Notes: generated by a model from the letters alone, not told the origin. A stretch of 64,000 nt of DNA from Candidatus Omnitrophota bacterium (GCA_023247725.1 JAHFFW010000008.1:7359-71358); one strand, 5' to 3'; counted from the stretch's first letter, positions 41,196 to 52,463 are shown. Numbers and translations are program-made.

Positions 41196-42053
41196 ATGTC
41201 CATTTTAAAAGTCCGAAACTGCTTTTTTCTTCTTTTCTGCTCCTTTTCTGTTGCAACCTTTCATTCAAACGTTTTCGCCGAGGCCCAAAAACCAACTTTC
41301 GAAGAATTGCGTATGCTTGGTTTTACCAAGCAAGAAGAAGGTAATCTTGACGAAGCGTTAGCATACTACTTGCAGGCTTCCAACCTCGATCCCAAAAAGG
41401 TCAATGTCTTAAACGATATTGGGGTGATCTATGAGCAGATGGGTTTGATCGACCGCGCCGAGTTGATGTATCAGCAGGCCGTTGCGCTTGATCCAAATTA
41501 TCTGCCTCCCTTAATGAATCTGGCTTCCCTGTACGAGAAAAAAGGCGATACCGCCAAGGCCATTGAATATCTTAAAAAACGGATCGACGCCGGTGCCCCG
41601 GATGACATTTGGACCCAAAAGGCCCGACAGCGGCTGGCCGAGATTTATAATCAGTTCCCCGAATTTAAAAAGCGGCTCGTGGATGAACAAAAAGGTGATC
41701 TAGAAAGAGAAATTGCCGAACAGCGTAAGGCCGAAAAAATTGCCCAGCTCAAAAATCAATTGGCCAAGGCGGAAGGGCATTATGAAGAAGGGATGAAAAA
41801 GTTGGAACAAAAAAAATTCGCCGAGGCCGCGGAGGATTTTGAACAAGCCTTATCCATTACTCCCAGCAACACCCGCTATGCCCAAGCCAGAACCATGGCG
41901 CTCAAAGAAGACACCAAAAGAAAAATTCAGAATCATTTCAATGCCGCCATGGACTATTGGGATCACAATGACAACGCCCGGGCCAGCGACGAAATCCAAA
42001 AAATACTCACCCTAATCCCAGACGACAATCCACTTCAAGAGACACGTTACTGA
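41196..42053 (+). CDS. Secreted TPR-repeat protein
   Basis: Signal peptide MSILKVRNCFFLLFCSFSVATFHSNVFA followed by TPR units. Confidence 0.65.
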   Translation: MSILKVRNCFFLLFCSFSVATFHSNVFAEAQKPTFEELRMLGFTKQEEGNLDEALAYYLQASNLDPKKVNVLNDIGVIYEQMGLIDRAELMYQQAVALDPNYLPPLMNLASLYEKKGDTAKAIEYLKKRIDAGAPDDIWTQKARQRLAEIYNQFPEFKKRLVDEQKGDLEREIAEQRKAEKIAQLKNQLAKAEGHYEEGMKKLEQKKFAEAAEDFEQALSITPSNTRYAQARTMALKEDTKRKIQNHFNAAMDYWDHNDNARASDEIQKILTLIPDDNPLQETRY

Positions 42054-42124
42054 ATTCCGTATAAATCATAGAACATGGAATGTCCTCGCACATTGATTTC
42101 CCCAAAGGCGTTTAAGGTCGATTC

Positions 42125-44695
42125 ATGCCGGACACACAGATTTTTTTAATCGACGCGCATGCCCTGTGCTATCGTTCCTATTTCGCCATTCGGAATCTCG
42201 CCAATTCAAAAGGACAAGCCACCAATGCGGTTTATGGATTTTTGGCAACCCTTAAGAAGATTTTGCGCGATCACAAACCCGAATATTTGGCGATCTGTTT
42301 TGATGCCGGCAAAAAAACCCAGCGTCAGGAGAAGTTTGCCAAATACAAAATCCATCGCCGGCCCATGCCGGACGATCTGGTCAGTCAAATCCCGCTCATT
42401 AAGGAGGTCGTGGCCGCGTATCATTGGCCGGTCTTCGAGGCCGAAGGTTTCGAGGCCGATGACATTATCGCCACTCTCGCTAAGAAGTTATCGGCGAAGG
42501 CCGAGGTCGTCATTGTCAGTGATGATAAAGATATGCTGCAACTATTGTCTGATCGTGTCAAAGTTTTTAGCATCCGGCGGGATCAATTCCTTAATCCGAA
42601 AGAATTGAAACAGGAGCTGGGGATCGATCCCTCCCGAATTGTGGATTACATTGGCCTGGCCGGCGATCAGACCGATAACATCCCGGGGGTCGTTGGGATC
42701 GGAGAGGTCACCGCCAAAGAGCTCATCAACGATTATGGAACTTTAGAAAATATTTTCCAGCATCTGTCGCAGATCAAACAAAAAAAGGTTCAGGAAAAAT
42801 TGAGCGAGCAAAAAGACATGGCGTTTTTCAGCAAAGAGTTGGCGCTTCTGGATTCGAAGGTTCCGGTGGATATTGATCTCAAGGAGATGTCCGTCCGGGA
42901 GCCGGATGAAAAAAGGCTCCTCGAGCTTTTCCGCGACCTGGAATTTAAAAAATTCGCGGATGAGCTATCCGTGGCTGATCAAGAGGCCTTGCCCATCAAG
43001 GTCAAGGGAATTCATCGTGCCGACGACCAGACAGAGTTGGTGAACAAAATCAAAAAGGCCGGCCGCTTGGTCTTTATGGTGGACGCTCCCGCGGAACCAA
43101 CTTTGACCGGAGCCGGCATCATGGTCGCCGTGCAGGAGGGCGAGGTGTATTCCATTTCCTTTGAGCTTTTGGATGAGCTCAAATCGGTTTTTTGTGACCC
43201 GGACATTTTAAAAATCACCTATGACGCCAAAAAAGTTTTTAAAGTGTTTGCCGAGAAACAATGCGCGATTGATGCCAAGGTTTTTGATGTGATGCTCTCC
43301 GGTTATTTATTAGCGCCTTCCCAGACGTCTTTTAGCGTCGACACTCTGTCTTGGATTTATTTAAGGTCACCCATCGCGACGGTCGACCGTCTAGCGCGGG
43401 AGACCGAATGTCTTTTGCGCCTTTATCCCATATTAGAGAAGGAGCTCAAGGCCAAGGATCTTTGGCGGCTTTATGAGGACATTGAAATCCCTTTATCGCA
43501 GGTCCTCGACCGGATGGAACGCGAAGGCGTGCGCCTGGATGAAGGGCTTCTCAAAGGTTTATCCAAGGATGCCGAAAGGAAAATCAATCTCCTGATCGAA
43601 GAGATTTATCAGAAAGCGGGCCGCGAATTCAATCTCAATAGTCCCAAACAACTGGCCCAGGTCCTTTTCAACGAGCTTAAGTTCCCGGTTATTAAAAAAA
43701 CCAAAACCGGTTTTTCGACGGATGAGGATGTGCTTTTGCGGCTGTCAAAAACCCATGAGATCCCGGCGAAGATTTTGGAGTACCGGCAGCTGGCCAAATT
43801 GAAATCCACCTATATCGATGCCCTGCCGAGGCTGATCAACCCCGAGACTGGCCGCTTGCACGCGCGATTTAACCAGACCGGGACCGAGACCGGACGTTTG
43901 AGCTCAAGCGATCCCAATTTGCAGAATATTCCCATCCGGACACAGATCGGCCGGCAAATCCGCAAGGCCTTTATTCCTTTTCAAAAGAATCACCGCATCG
44001 TTTCCGCGGATTATTCTCAAATCGAATTGCGAATTCTGGCTCATCTCTCCGGCGATAAAACCTTGAAAAAGGCCTTTTGGGATGACCAGGACATCCATAA
44101 TTACACCGCTGCCCTCATCTATGAGGTCAAAGAAAAAGACGTCACGCCGCCGATGCGCAACATGGCCAAGCGCGTCAACTTCGGCCTTAGTTACGGCATG
44201 AGTCCTTTCGGCCTTTCCAAAGACCTGGACATTGCGCAGTCCGAGGCCCAGGCCTTTATCGAAAAATATTTTTTACGCTATCCCAACGTTAAGAAATTTA
44301 TGGAGGACGCCGTGCGCAAGGCGGAAGAGCAGGGTTTTGTCCTCACTTTACTGAACCGTCGTCGGTATATCCCGGAAATCCTTAGCTCGAATCAGGCCGT
44401 TCGTCAATTGGCGCAGCGTCAGGCTATCAATACGCCGGTGCAAGGCTCGGCCGCGGATTTGATGAAGCTCGCCATGATCCATATCCAGCGCGAGCTGGAG
44501 AAGAAAAAATTTGTTACAAAGATGATTATTACGGTTCATGACGAATTGGTCTTTGATGTTCCTGACTCCGAGAAGAAAACCATTGTGGAATTGGTGCGGC
44601 AAAAAATGGAAGGAGCCATTTCTTTGTCGGTCCCCATCAAGGTGACGGTCAAAAGCGGGCCCAACTGGCTTGAGCTGAAAGAAATCAAGCCATGA
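42125..44695 (+). CDS. polA: DNA polymerase I
   Basis: 5'-3' exonuclease N-terminus, a central 3'-5' exo-like domain, and polymerase motifs A/B/C (DYSQIELR, RRxAKxxNFGxxYG, VHDE). Confidence 0.95.
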   Translation: MPDTQIFLIDAHALCYRSYFAIRNLANSKGQATNAVYGFLATLKKILRDHKPEYLAICFDAGKKTQRQEKFAKYKIHRRPMPDDLVSQIPLIKEVVAAYHWPVFEAEGFEADDIIATLAKKLSAKAEVVIVSDDKDMLQLLSDRVKVFSIRRDQFLNPKELKQELGIDPSRIVDYIGLAGDQTDNIPGVVGIGEVTAKELINDYGTLENIFQHLSQIKQKKVQEKLSEQKDMAFFSKELALLDSKVPVDIDLKEMSVREPDEKRLLELFRDLEFKKFADELSVADQEALPIKVKGIHRADDQTELVNKIKKAGRLVFMVDAPAEPTLTGAGIMVAVQEGEVYSISFELLDELKSVFCDPDILKITYDAKKVFKVFAEKQCAIDAKVFDVMLSGYLLAPSQTSFSVDTLSWIYLRSPIATVDRLARETECLLRLYPILEKELKAKDLWRLYEDIEIPLSQVLDRMEREGVRLDEGLLKGLSKDAERKINLLIEEIYQKAGREFNLNSPKQLAQVLFNELKFPVIKKTKTGFSTDEDVLLRLSKTHEIPAKILEYRQLAKLKSTYIDALPRLINPETGRLHARFNQTGTETGRLSSSDPNLQNIPIRTQIGRQIRKAFIPFQKNHRIVSADYSQIELRILAHLSGDKTLKKAFWDDQDIHNYTAALIYEVKEKDVTPPMRNMAKRVNFGLSYGMSPFGLSKDLDIAQSEAQAFIEKYFLRYPNVKKFMEDAVRKAEEQGFVLTLLNRRRYIPEILSSNQAVRQLAQRQAINTPVQGSAADLMKLAMIHIQRELEKKKFVTKMIITVHDELVFDVPDSEKKTIVELVRQKMEGAISLSVPIKVTVKSGPNWLELKEIKP

Positions 44696-46098
44696 GAGTT
44701 GCCTTTTGCTCTTCGGAGATTGCGCCTTTTGCTAAAACCGGCGGGCTCGGGGATGTCTGCGGGACCTTGCCGTTGGCCCTGGAAAAATTAAAAATCGAAC
44801 CCGTGTTAGTTTTGCCCCGCTACCAAATGATCGATCCTCAGAAATATCAGCTCAAAAAAATTTCTCCCGAGGCGTGGATCGGAACGGCGGGGCAAAACAT
44901 TCCGGTTTATTTCATCGAGCAGGAAGGATATTTTGGCCGCAAGGAGATTTACGGTGAAGACGGCGGCGAGTACAGCGACAATCTCGAGCGTTTTCATTGT
45001 TTTTGCTTGAAAGCCCTCGAATTATTCAAAACCCAAAAAAAGACAATGGACATCATCCACGTCCATGACTGGCAGGCGGCGCTCATTCCTGTCCTTTTAA
45101 AGTCAATTTTTCGTTCGGACCTATTTTATAAAAAAACCAAAAGCATTTTGTCCATTCATAATATGGCATTCCAGGGGATTTTTCCGAAGGATCAATTCCC
45201 CAAATTAGGTTTCGATCGCCGGTTATTCTCGATGAACGGGTTGGAATTCTACAACCAGATCAACCTCCTCAAAGGCGGACTCATTTTTAGCGACCGGGTG
45301 GCGACGGTCAGTCCTCATTATGCCAGGGAGATTCGGACTCCAGAATTCGGCTGCGGCCTGGAAGGAGTTTTGGCCAACCGCAGAGAAGGCGTCGTGGGGA
45401 TCCTCAACGGTTTGGATTACGAGACCTGGAACCCAGAAGCCGACGTCCATATCAAACACCGGTACAGCAAAGACAATTGGAAATCGAAATTCGAAAATAA
45501 ATCTTATTTACAGAAGCTTGTTGGTCTGCCCGTCAAAAGGAATGTTCCGATCCTGGCCTTCGTCGGGAGACTGACTTATCAGAAAGGCATTGAGCTTTTG
45601 ATGAAGGCTATGGATAAAGTTTTGGCGTTAGATCTTCAACTGGTTTTTCTGGGAGTGGGGGAACCCAAGTATGAACAGCCGTTGCGGCGTTTGGCTAAGA
45701 AAAATCCGGCGAAGATCGCCGTATCTTTAAAATTCAGCGAGGAATTGGCGCATCAGATTTATGCCGGATCGGATTTGTTTTTAATGCCATCCGTCTTTGA
45801 GCCATGTGGTTTGAGCCAGATGATCAGCTTCCGTTATGGCACGATTCCCTTGGTTTATAGAACCGGAGGCCTGGCCGATACTGTTTTTCCTTTTGATCCG
45901 GCGACGGGAGAGGGGACAGGTTTTATCTTTGACCAATATAAGGAAGACGCATTTTTAAAATCCCTGCAAGAGGCGCTTTTGGCTTATCAGGATCGTCCGA
46001 GTTTTGAACGGTTGATGACGAAGGTCATGAACAGCGATTTTTCCTGGGAACGCTCGGCCAAGGAATATCAGAAGTTGTACCTGTCTTTGCTCAATTGA
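44692..46098 (+). CDS. glgA: Glycogen synthase (ADP-glucose type, GT5)
   Basis: MRVAFCSSEIAPFAKTGGLGDV with the KTGGL motif. Confidence 0.93.
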   Translation: MRVAFCSSEIAPFAKTGGLGDVCGTLPLALEKLKIEPVLVLPRYQMIDPQKYQLKKISPEAWIGTAGQNIPVYFIEQEGYFGRKEIYGEDGGEYSDNLERFHCFCLKALELFKTQKKTMDIIHVHDWQAALIPVLLKSIFRSDLFYKKTKSILSIHNMAFQGIFPKDQFPKLGFDRRLFSMNGLEFYNQINLLKGGLIFSDRVATVSPHYAREIRTPEFGCGLEGVLANRREGVVGILNGLDYETWNPEADVHIKHRYSKDNWKSKFENKSYLQKLVGLPVKRNVPILAFVGRLTYQKGIELLMKAMDKVLALDLQLVFLGVGEPKYEQPLRRLAKKNPAKIAVSLKFSEELAHQIYAGSDLFLMPSVFEPCGLSQMISFRYGTIPLVYRTGGLADTVFPFDPATGEGTGFIFDQYKEDAFLKSLQEALLAYQDRPSFERLMTKVMNSDFSWERSAKEYQKLYLSLLN

Positions 46099-46101
46099 CC
46101 G

Positions 46102-46698
46102 ATGGTCACGATCGGTTTGACAGGAGAACTGGGAGTGGGCAAATCGACGGTGGCAGGATTTTTTTGCCAAAAGGGAGCCGCGGTGCTCGACGCCGATTCG
46201 CTGGCGCATCGATTGATGGAACCGAATCAGCCGGTTTTCCGCAAGGTCGTCAAAAAATTTGGCCCACAGATTCTTAAAAACGGCCGGATTGATCGGGCTC
46301 AATTGGGGAGGATGGTTTTTGCAGATCCTCGAAAGTTGAGGATTCTGAACCGGCTTGTTCACCCGGCGACGATTTCAGCGATCAAAAGCCATGTTCGCGG
46401 CATTGGCCGGCGCCATCCCCGCGCGATTATTGTGATCGAAGTGCCGCTCCTCATTGAAACCGGTCTGGATCGTTGGGTCGATCATTGTCTGGTCGTCAAG
46501 GCGTCGAGGAAAAAGCAATTGGAGCGGCTGCAAAAAAGCCGGCGTTTGTCGAGAACCCAGGCGCTTAAAATCATTCAAAATCAGATGAGCACGAAGACGA
46601 AAATGAAATATGCGGATTTTGTGATTGATAACGGTGGATCGCTGCCAGCTACAAAAAAACAAGTGGAAAGGATTTGGGAACAGCTAAAACATTTTTAG
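46102..46698 (+). CDS. coaE: Dephospho-CoA kinase
   Basis: IGLTGELGVGKSTVA P-loop. Confidence 0.9.
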   Translation: MVTIGLTGELGVGKSTVAGFFCQKGAAVLDADSLAHRLMEPNQPVFRKVVKKFGPQILKNGRIDRAQLGRMVFADPRKLRILNRLVHPATISAIKSHVRGIGRRHPRAIIVIEVPLLIETGLDRWVDHCLVVKASRKKQLERLQKSRRLSRTQALKIIQNQMSTKTKMKYADFVIDNGGSLPATKKQVERIWEQLKHF

Positions 46699-46711
46699 GA
46701 TCATCCGGTGG

Positions 46712-46756
46712 GGGGCGTCCCGACTCGCGCTCTAAGTCAGGGGTCGGGACGCCCCG
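46712..46756 (+). terminator. GC-rich 13-bp perfect hairpin (GGGGCGTCCCGAC / GTCGGGACGCCCC) after coaE, in the rho leader
   Basis: Read directly. The TTTT run sits about 15 nt downstream of the stem. Confidence 0.45.
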
Positions 46757-46838
46757 CGCCCCAGTGAAAGCGTTTTAAGGATTATTTTAAAATTCTCCGT
46801 AACGCCAAAAGGATTCAGAAAAAACAAGGTGAGGACAA

Positions 46839-48215
46839 ATGACAACCAAAACTAAAAACGAAACATCCAAGGAAGCAAAAGAGATCAAGAAAAATAGTGA
46901 AGGAGAAGAAATTATGGAAAAAACCGCAACGAAGTCGGCCAAAGAGGGGACCGACGTGGTGTTTCAGCTGGACATCACCAAGCTCAAGGACATGAAGATG
47001 GCCGAGCTGACCAAGATGGCCAGGGACATGAACATCAACGGCTTAAGCGGTATCAAAAAACAGGACTTGATCTTCAAGATCCTGCAGGGACAAGCTGAAA
47101 AGGAAGGATTGATGTTCGGGGAAGGCACCTTGGAAATCCTGCCGGAGGGTTTTGGATTCTTGCGCAGTTCCCGCTACAATTATCTCCCCTGCCCCGACGA
47201 TATTTATATCTCACCGTCCCAGATTCGGAAATTCGATTTAAAAACCGGCGATAGCGTGAGCGGCCATATCCGTCCGCCCAAGGAAGGGGAAAAATATTTC
47301 GCGCTCTTGAAGGTGGAAGCGGTCAATTACGAGGATCCGGAAAAATGCAAGGACAAGATCCTCTTCGACAACTTGACGCCGTTATACCCGCATGAGCGGA
47401 TCATCCTGGAAACGAAACCCGAAGAAATTTCCATGCGGATCATGGATCTCATTACGCCGCTAGGAAAAGGCCAGCGCGCGCTCATCGTGGCCCCGCCCTA
47501 CAGCGGCAAAACCGTCCTGCTGCAGAAGATCGCCAATGCGATCACGACGAATAATCCGGATGTCATCCTCATTGTCTTATTGATCGACGAGCGTCCGGAG
47601 GAAGTCACGGACATGCAGCGGGGCGTCAAGGGGGAGGTCATCTCCTCGACCTTCGATGAACCGGCCGAACGGCACGTTCAGATCGCCGAGATGGTTTTGG
47701 AAAAAGCCAAACGCCTGGTTGAGCACAAACGCGATGTGGTCATCCTCCTGGATTCTATCACCCGCCTGGCCCGGGCCTATAACACGGTCGTGCCTCATAG
47801 CGGGAAAATCCTTTCGGGTGGTGTTGATTCCAATGCCTTGCACAAACCCAAGCGGTTCTTTGGCGCGGCACGTGCCGTCGAGGAAGGCGGAAGCTTGACC
47901 ATTATTGCGACCTCGCTCGTGGACACCGGCAGCCGGATGGATGAAGTCATCTTTGAGGAATTCAAAGGCACCGGCAACATGGAATTGCAGCTGGATCGGA
48001 ATCTTTTTCAGCGTCGGATTTACCCGGCGATTGACATCAAGCGCTCCAACACCCGCCATGAAGAGCTCTTGATCGACAAGGATGATCTGCAAAGGACCTG
48101 GTTATTGCGCAAGGCCATCAACGATCTTAACTCGGCCGAGGCCATGGAGCTTTTGATCGATCGGATCGGAAAGTATAAAAGTAACAAAGAATTTTTGCAA
48201 AATATGAACAAATAG
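46839..48215 (+). CDS. rho: Transcription termination factor Rho (with short Lys/Glu-rich N-terminal extension)
   Basis: Rho N-terminal domain, the RNA-binding CSD-like region, and the P-loop PPYSGKT. Confidence 0.95.
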   Translation: MTTKTKNETSKEAKEIKKNSEGEEIMEKTATKSAKEGTDVVFQLDITKLKDMKMAELTKMARDMNINGLSGIKKQDLIFKILQGQAEKEGLMFGEGTLEILPEGFGFLRSSRYNYLPCPDDIYISPSQIRKFDLKTGDSVSGHIRPPKEGEKYFALLKVEAVNYEDPEKCKDKILFDNLTPLYPHERIILETKPEEISMRIMDLITPLGKGQRALIVAPPYSGKTVLLQKIANAITTNNPDVILIVLLIDERPEEVTDMQRGVKGEVISSTFDEPAERHVQIAEMVLEKAKRLVEHKRDVVILLDSITRLARAYNTVVPHSGKILSGGVDSNALHKPKRFFGAARAVEEGGSLTIIATSLVDTGSRMDEVIFEEFKGTGNMELQLDRNLFQRRIYPAIDIKRSNTRHEELLIDKDDLQRTWLLRKAINDLNSAEAMELLIDRIGKYKSNKEFLQNMNK

Positions 48216-48272
48216 GATACAGTTTTCCCCTAATCTCCGAGCTTCTATCTCGACGCCTGATCCAATTTATTG

Positions 48273-48301
48273 TTGTGAAAACCCCTCTTTGTCGTTATAC
48301 T
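48273..48301 (+). promoter_or_regulatory. Candidate sigma70 promoter TTGTGA-17-TATACT upstream of rpmE
   Basis: Hexamers with 17-nt spacing. Confidence 0.4.
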
Positions 48302-48407
48302 AAATTCTCAAAATTTTAGTCAACGGTCGTCTTCAGTCATCCTTTACCGTTTGAGTTTTTGACGAATCAGATTTTGCCAGTGTCGCAACTGGAAGGAGGT
48401 TTTTAGT

Positions 48408-48605
48408 ATGAAGGCCAATATTCATCCGCCTTATGAAGAAACGACCATCACCTGTGCGTGCGGGGCGGTCATCCATACCCGGTCGACCAAAAAGAATATC
48501 CGCGTCGAGATCTGTTCCCAGTGCCATCCCTTTTTCACCGGGGCGAAGAAATTCGTGGATACGGCCGGCCGGATTGAACGCTTCACCAAACGCTACAAGA
48601 AGTAA
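48408..48605 (+). CDS. rpmE: 50S ribosomal protein L31 (Zn-ribbon type, CxxC...CxxC)
   Basis: [27 protein letters not shown]...[10 protein letters not shown]. Confidence 0.95.
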   Translation: MKANIHPPYEETTITCACGAVIHTRSTKKNIRVEICSQCHPFFTGAKKFVDTAGRIERFTKRYKK

Positions 48606-48610
48606 ATCAA

Positions 48611-49672
48611 ATGCTCGACAAGCTGGCGAAGCTGGAAAAACGCTACGAAGAGATCGAGCGCCTTTTGGCCGACCCCGAAATCAGCGCCGATCAGGCTGCG
48701 TGCCAGAAGCTGGGCAAGGAGCTTTCCGAAATTTCCCCGACGGTCAGTGCCTACCGAACCTACCACGGCTACGAATCGCAGATCTTAGAACTCCAGAAGC
48801 TTCTCTGTGAAAAGCACGATAAGGAATTTGAAGATCTCGCCAGGACCGAGCTCAAAGAACTTGAACAAAAACAGCGTGAGCTTAAAGGTCGATTGGAAAA
48901 TCTGACGAACATCTCTTCGCAGCAAAAGGATCAGGACCTTATTATGGAAATCCGGGCGGGAACCGGAGGAGAGGAAGCCAGCCTCTTTGCCGCGGATTTG
49001 TACCGCATGTATACGAAGTATGCCGATTCGAAAGGCTGGAGGGTGGAATCGATCAGCAGTTCACCGTCGGAGACGGGGGGTTTTAAGGAAGTCATCTTTA
49101 GCGTCAGCGGCAAAGGCGCGGCGCACAACCTCAAATGGGAAAGCGGGGTTCATCGCGTGCAGCGGGTTCCCACGACCGAGGCCTCGGGCCGCATCCATAC
49201 CTCTGCGGCGACCGTGGCCGTTTTATTTGAGCCGGAAGAAATTGAACTGACGATTGATCCAAAAGATTTAAAGATTGATGTCTTTCGTTCCTCCGGTCCG
49301 GGCGGGCAAAGTGTCAATACGACGGATTCGGCCGTGCGCATGACTCACTTGCCGACGGGAACGGTCGTCGTTTGCCAGGATGAACGCTCGCAGTTAAAAA
49401 ACCGCGCGAAGGCCATGCGGGTCCTGCGGGCTCGCTTGTTAGATAAAAGGAGACAGGAGGCCCTGGCGAAGGCAACGGCCGAGCGGCGTTCGAAGATCGG
49501 CACCGGCGATCGCAGCGAAAAAATCCGCACCTACAACTTTCCCGACCGCCGCGTCACCGACCACCGGATTGGATTTACCACCCACCAGCTTCCGAAAGTG
49601 ATGGACGGAGATCTGGACGAAATCACGACCGCCTTGATCAAAGCCGAACGTGAAACAGAGGCTTCTCAATGA
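48611..49672 (+). CDS. prfA: Peptide chain release factor 1
   Basis: GGQ motif ([11 protein letters not shown]) and [20 protein letters not shown] (RF1 PxT-type). Confidence 0.93.
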   Translation: MLDKLAKLEKRYEEIERLLADPEISADQAACQKLGKELSEISPTVSAYRTYHGYESQILELQKLLCEKHDKEFEDLARTELKELEQKQRELKGRLENLTNISSQQKDQDLIMEIRAGTGGEEASLFAADLYRMYTKYADSKGWRVESISSSPSETGGFKEVIFSVSGKGAAHNLKWESGVHRVQRVPTTEASGRIHTSAATVAVLFEPEEIELTIDPKDLKIDVFRSSGPGGQSVNTTDSAVRMTHLPTGTVVVCQDERSQLKNRAKAMRVLRARLLDKRRQEALAKATAERRSKIGTGDRSEKIRTYNFPDRRVTDHRIGFTTHQLPKVMDGDLDEITTALIKAERETEASQ

Positions 49673-50466
49673 CCGAACCAGAACTTTATTTGACCCACCG
49701 TCGGGGTTGCAACCGGATCGAACTCTATCTGGACGAACACCCCTTAACGGATTCGGAGCGTCAAGGCTTAGAAGAATTCCAGCGCCGCCGACAAAACGGT
49801 GAACCGCTTCAATATATTTTAGGAGAAACCGAATTTTACGGTTTCCGAATCAAGGTTGACGAACGGGTCCTGATCCCGCGACCAGAAACAGAGATTTTAG
49901 TCGATTTGGCTTTGGAAGAATGTCGTCGATTCGCCGAGCGTTCCCTGCGGATTCTCGATATGGGAACGGGGTCTGGCAATCTGGCCATTGCCTTGGCCAA
50001 AAAACTTCCCCAGAGCAAGATCAGGGCCATTGATCGATCGCAGGCGGCGCTTGATTTGGCCCTTGAGAATGCTAAAATCAATTTGGTCGACGAACAAATT
50101 GATTTTGTCTGCGCGGATTTATTGGAGGCTTTTCATTTACAAGGTGAGCCTTTAAAGAAATTCGATCTGATTGTGTCCAATCCCCCTTATATTCCGACGG
50201 AGGATATCGCCTGCTTGTCGATCGAGGTGCAGCGAGAACCTCGACTGGCTCTTGATGGAGGAACCGATGGCCTGGATTTTTTGCGCCGCATGATCAAAGA
50301 TGGCGGGCGTTTTCTTGTTCCCGGAGGTTGTCTCCTGGTTGAGTGCGGCGACGGACAGGCAGGAAAGATCAGGGAGATTTTCCAGCCAATGTCCGGTTTT
50401 CAGGATTGCCGGATTTTTAAAGATTTAAACCAAAAGGATCGTTTGGTCAAAGTGAGGCGCGAATAA
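49669..50466 (+). CDS. prmC: Release factor glutamine N5-methyltransferase (HemK)
   Basis: IVSNPPYIP (NPPY) and the SAM motif DMGTGSG. The prfA-prmC order is conserved. Confidence 0.9.
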   Translation: MTEPELYLTHRRGCNRIELYLDEHPLTDSERQGLEEFQRRRQNGEPLQYILGETEFYGFRIKVDERVLIPRPETEILVDLALEECRRFAERSLRILDMGTGSGNLAIALAKKLPQSKIRAIDRSQAALDLALENAKINLVDEQIDFVCADLLEAFHLQGEPLKKFDLIVSNPPYIPTEDIACLSIEVQREPRLALDGGTDGLDFLRRMIKDGGRFLVPGGCLLVECGDGQAGKIREIFQPMSGFQDCRIFKDLNQKDRLVKVRRE

Positions 50467-50469
50467 ATT

Positions 50470-51729
50470 ATGGAAAAACTCGTGATCGAGGGAGGCCATG
50501 CCCTCAAAGGGGAAGTCAGGGTCAGCGGCTCAAAAAATGCCGCCTTGCCGGTTTTGGCGGCAACGTTATTGACCGACGACGAATGTGTGTTAAGGAATAT
50601 TCCCCGCCTGCGCGATACCATGACGATGGTGAAACTCTTGCGCTCTCTGGGAAAAACGATCGATATCGGAAAGGATTCGGTTACCGTCAGCAAAGGTCCC
50701 TCCAATCATGTTGCGGAGTATAAACTTGTGTCGACGATGCGGGGGTCATTTTGCGTCCTGGGTCCGCTTCTGGCGAAGCTTGGCAAGGCCAAGGTTTCTT
50801 TGCCGGGCGGATGCGTCATCGGCATCCGGCCGGTGGATTTGCACATCAAAGGCATCAAGGCCCTGGGCGCCAAAATTGATTTTGACAGCGGGTATGTGGT
50901 CGCCAGCGCCCACCGGCTCAAAGGCAATCACATGTATCTCGGCGGAGGTTTTGGTTCCTCGGTCCTGGCCACCGCGAATGTGATGATGGCGGCGACTTTG
51001 GCCGACGGAGAAACCATCATCGAATCAGCCGCCTGCGAACCCGAGATCGAAGACTTAGCCAATTTTCTCATGGCCATGGGGGCAAAGATCAAGGGAAAGG
51101 GAACCCCGCAGATTGCAGTCCAAGGCGTCAAGAAATTGCACGGGGCGAATTTTCGCATCAGTTCGGACCGAATCGAGGCCGGGACCTTCATCCTTCTGGC
51201 GGCGGCGTTGCGCAGCAACATCACGATTCGGGAAACGAACTTCATGCATCTTCTGGCGCTTCTGGATAAATTGGAGGAAGCCGGCATGAGATTCGAAAAA
51301 GAATACAATCTGATTCGTCTCAAATGCAGCCGGCATCTGAAACCGACCAGCATCACCACCTTTCCCTATCCTGGTTTTCCGACGGATTTGCAGGCCCAGT
51401 TCATGGCGCTTATGGCCATGACCCCGGGGGTGAGCGTCATCACCGATAAAGTTTATCCCGATCGGTTTATTCATATCGCGGAGCTCAACCGCATGGGGGC
51501 GAGCATCCGTCGGGAAGGCAGCAACGCGATTGTCGAAGGAGTCAAAACCCTTCACGGGGCTCCGGTCATGGCCTCGGATCTGCGGGCCTCGTCGGCGCTC
51601 ATCATCGCCGGGCTGGCGGCCAAGGGGAAGACCGAAATCCATCGCATCTATCATCTGGAGCGCGGTTACGAGAATCTCGACGAGAAATTGGCAACGATGG
51701 GGGCGAAAATTTATAGGGAAAAGGAATAG
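50470..51729 (+). CDS. murA: UDP-N-acetylglucosamine 1-carboxyvinyltransferase
   Basis: MEKLVIEGGHALKGEVRVSGSKNAALPVLAA is the canonical MurA N-terminus. 419 aa. Confidence 0.95.
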   Translation: MEKLVIEGGHALKGEVRVSGSKNAALPVLAATLLTDDECVLRNIPRLRDTMTMVKLLRSLGKTIDIGKDSVTVSKGPSNHVAEYKLVSTMRGSFCVLGPLLAKLGKAKVSLPGGCVIGIRPVDLHIKGIKALGAKIDFDSGYVVASAHRLKGNHMYLGGGFGSSVLATANVMMAATLADGETIIESAACEPEIEDLANFLMAMGAKIKGKGTPQIAVQGVKKLHGANFRISSDRIEAGTFILLAAALRSNITIRETNFMHLLALLDKLEEAGMRFEKEYNLIRLKCSRHLKPTSITTFPYPGFPTDLQAQFMALMAMTPGVSVITDKVYPDRFIHIAELNRMGASIRREGSNAIVEGVKTLHGAPVMASDLRASSALIIAGLAAKGKTEIHRIYHLERGYENLDEKLATMGAKIYREKE

Positions 51730-51914
51730 GGTTGAAAAGGATATGAGGGCAAGAAAACTTGATTCCTTGGGCGATCAAGCGCTGGAAGATTCCAAAAAAG
51801 GTAAATTTAAGGAATGATGAGGCATTTTGCCAGCCCATCATTTTGGGAATGTTACCATCATCTCCCTCGAAACGTTCAAAAATTAGCGGAAAAATTTTTT
51901 GAGAAGGCAGGGCC

Positions 51915-52463
51915 ATGGTCCAGATGACGACCTTTGCGGGTGGCAGGACGGGATCATGGCAAGTTGAGCATATCCGTGCCGTCATTGGTCCGCCATTGGA
52001 AATGGTCAAGCGCCTGGCCGTGGCTAAGGGCAAAGATTCCTCGAATCAAAACGCGGTATGGCGGCTGCGCGGCGTGACCAGTTATGAGCGGTATGTGCAT
52101 CGATCCGAACGAGAGCAGCTGGTAGCCCGCCAGCCTGAGCTTGGGCGGGTTGAGGCAACGCACGCCGCGCTCATCCCCATCAAAAAATCTGCCGCTTGGT
52201 GGAACTTGACTCAAGATGAGCGTCGGGAAATCTTCGAAGAGCAATCGCATCATATTGCCACCGGACTGCAATATCTCCCGGCGGTTGCCCGGCGCCTTTA
52301 CCACAGCCGCGATCTGGGCGAGCCGTTCGATTTTCTCACCTGGTTTGAGTATGCACCGGCGGATGCCTCTGCCTTTGAGGATCTGGTGCAAAGATTGCGT
52401 CGGACACCGGAGTGGAAATTCGTCGAGCGGGAGCTCGACATCCGGCTCAGCAAACGGGAGTAG
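51915..52463 (+). CDS. cld: Short (lineage-II, NwCld-like) chlorite dismutase-family haem protein
   Basis: 182 aa with TFAGG..., ALIPIKKSAAWW, SHHIATGLQYLPAVARRLYHSRDLGEPFDFLTWFEYAP and EWKFVERELDIRL. This is a recalled resemblance to short Cld proteins, not a search result. The gene is locally GC-rich. Confidence 0.55.
   Translation: MVQMTTFAGGRTGSWQVEHIRAVIGPPLEMVKRLAVAKGKDSSNQNAVWRLRGVTSYERYVHRSEREQLVARQPELGRVEATHAALIPIKKSAAWWNLTQDERREIFEEQSHHIATGLQYLPAVARRLYHSRDLGEPFDFLTWFEYAPADASAFEDLVQRLRRTPEWKFVERELDIRLSKRE

Noticed and set aside
48433-48810. 125-aa Arg/Pro-rich ORF
   Set aside because: It is an alternate frame overlapping rpmE and prfA.
51743-51817. 24-aa peptide MRARKLDSLGDQALEDSKKGKFKE after murA
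   Set aside because: Too short and with no supporting signal. It is the tail of an out-of-frame ORF overlapping murA.
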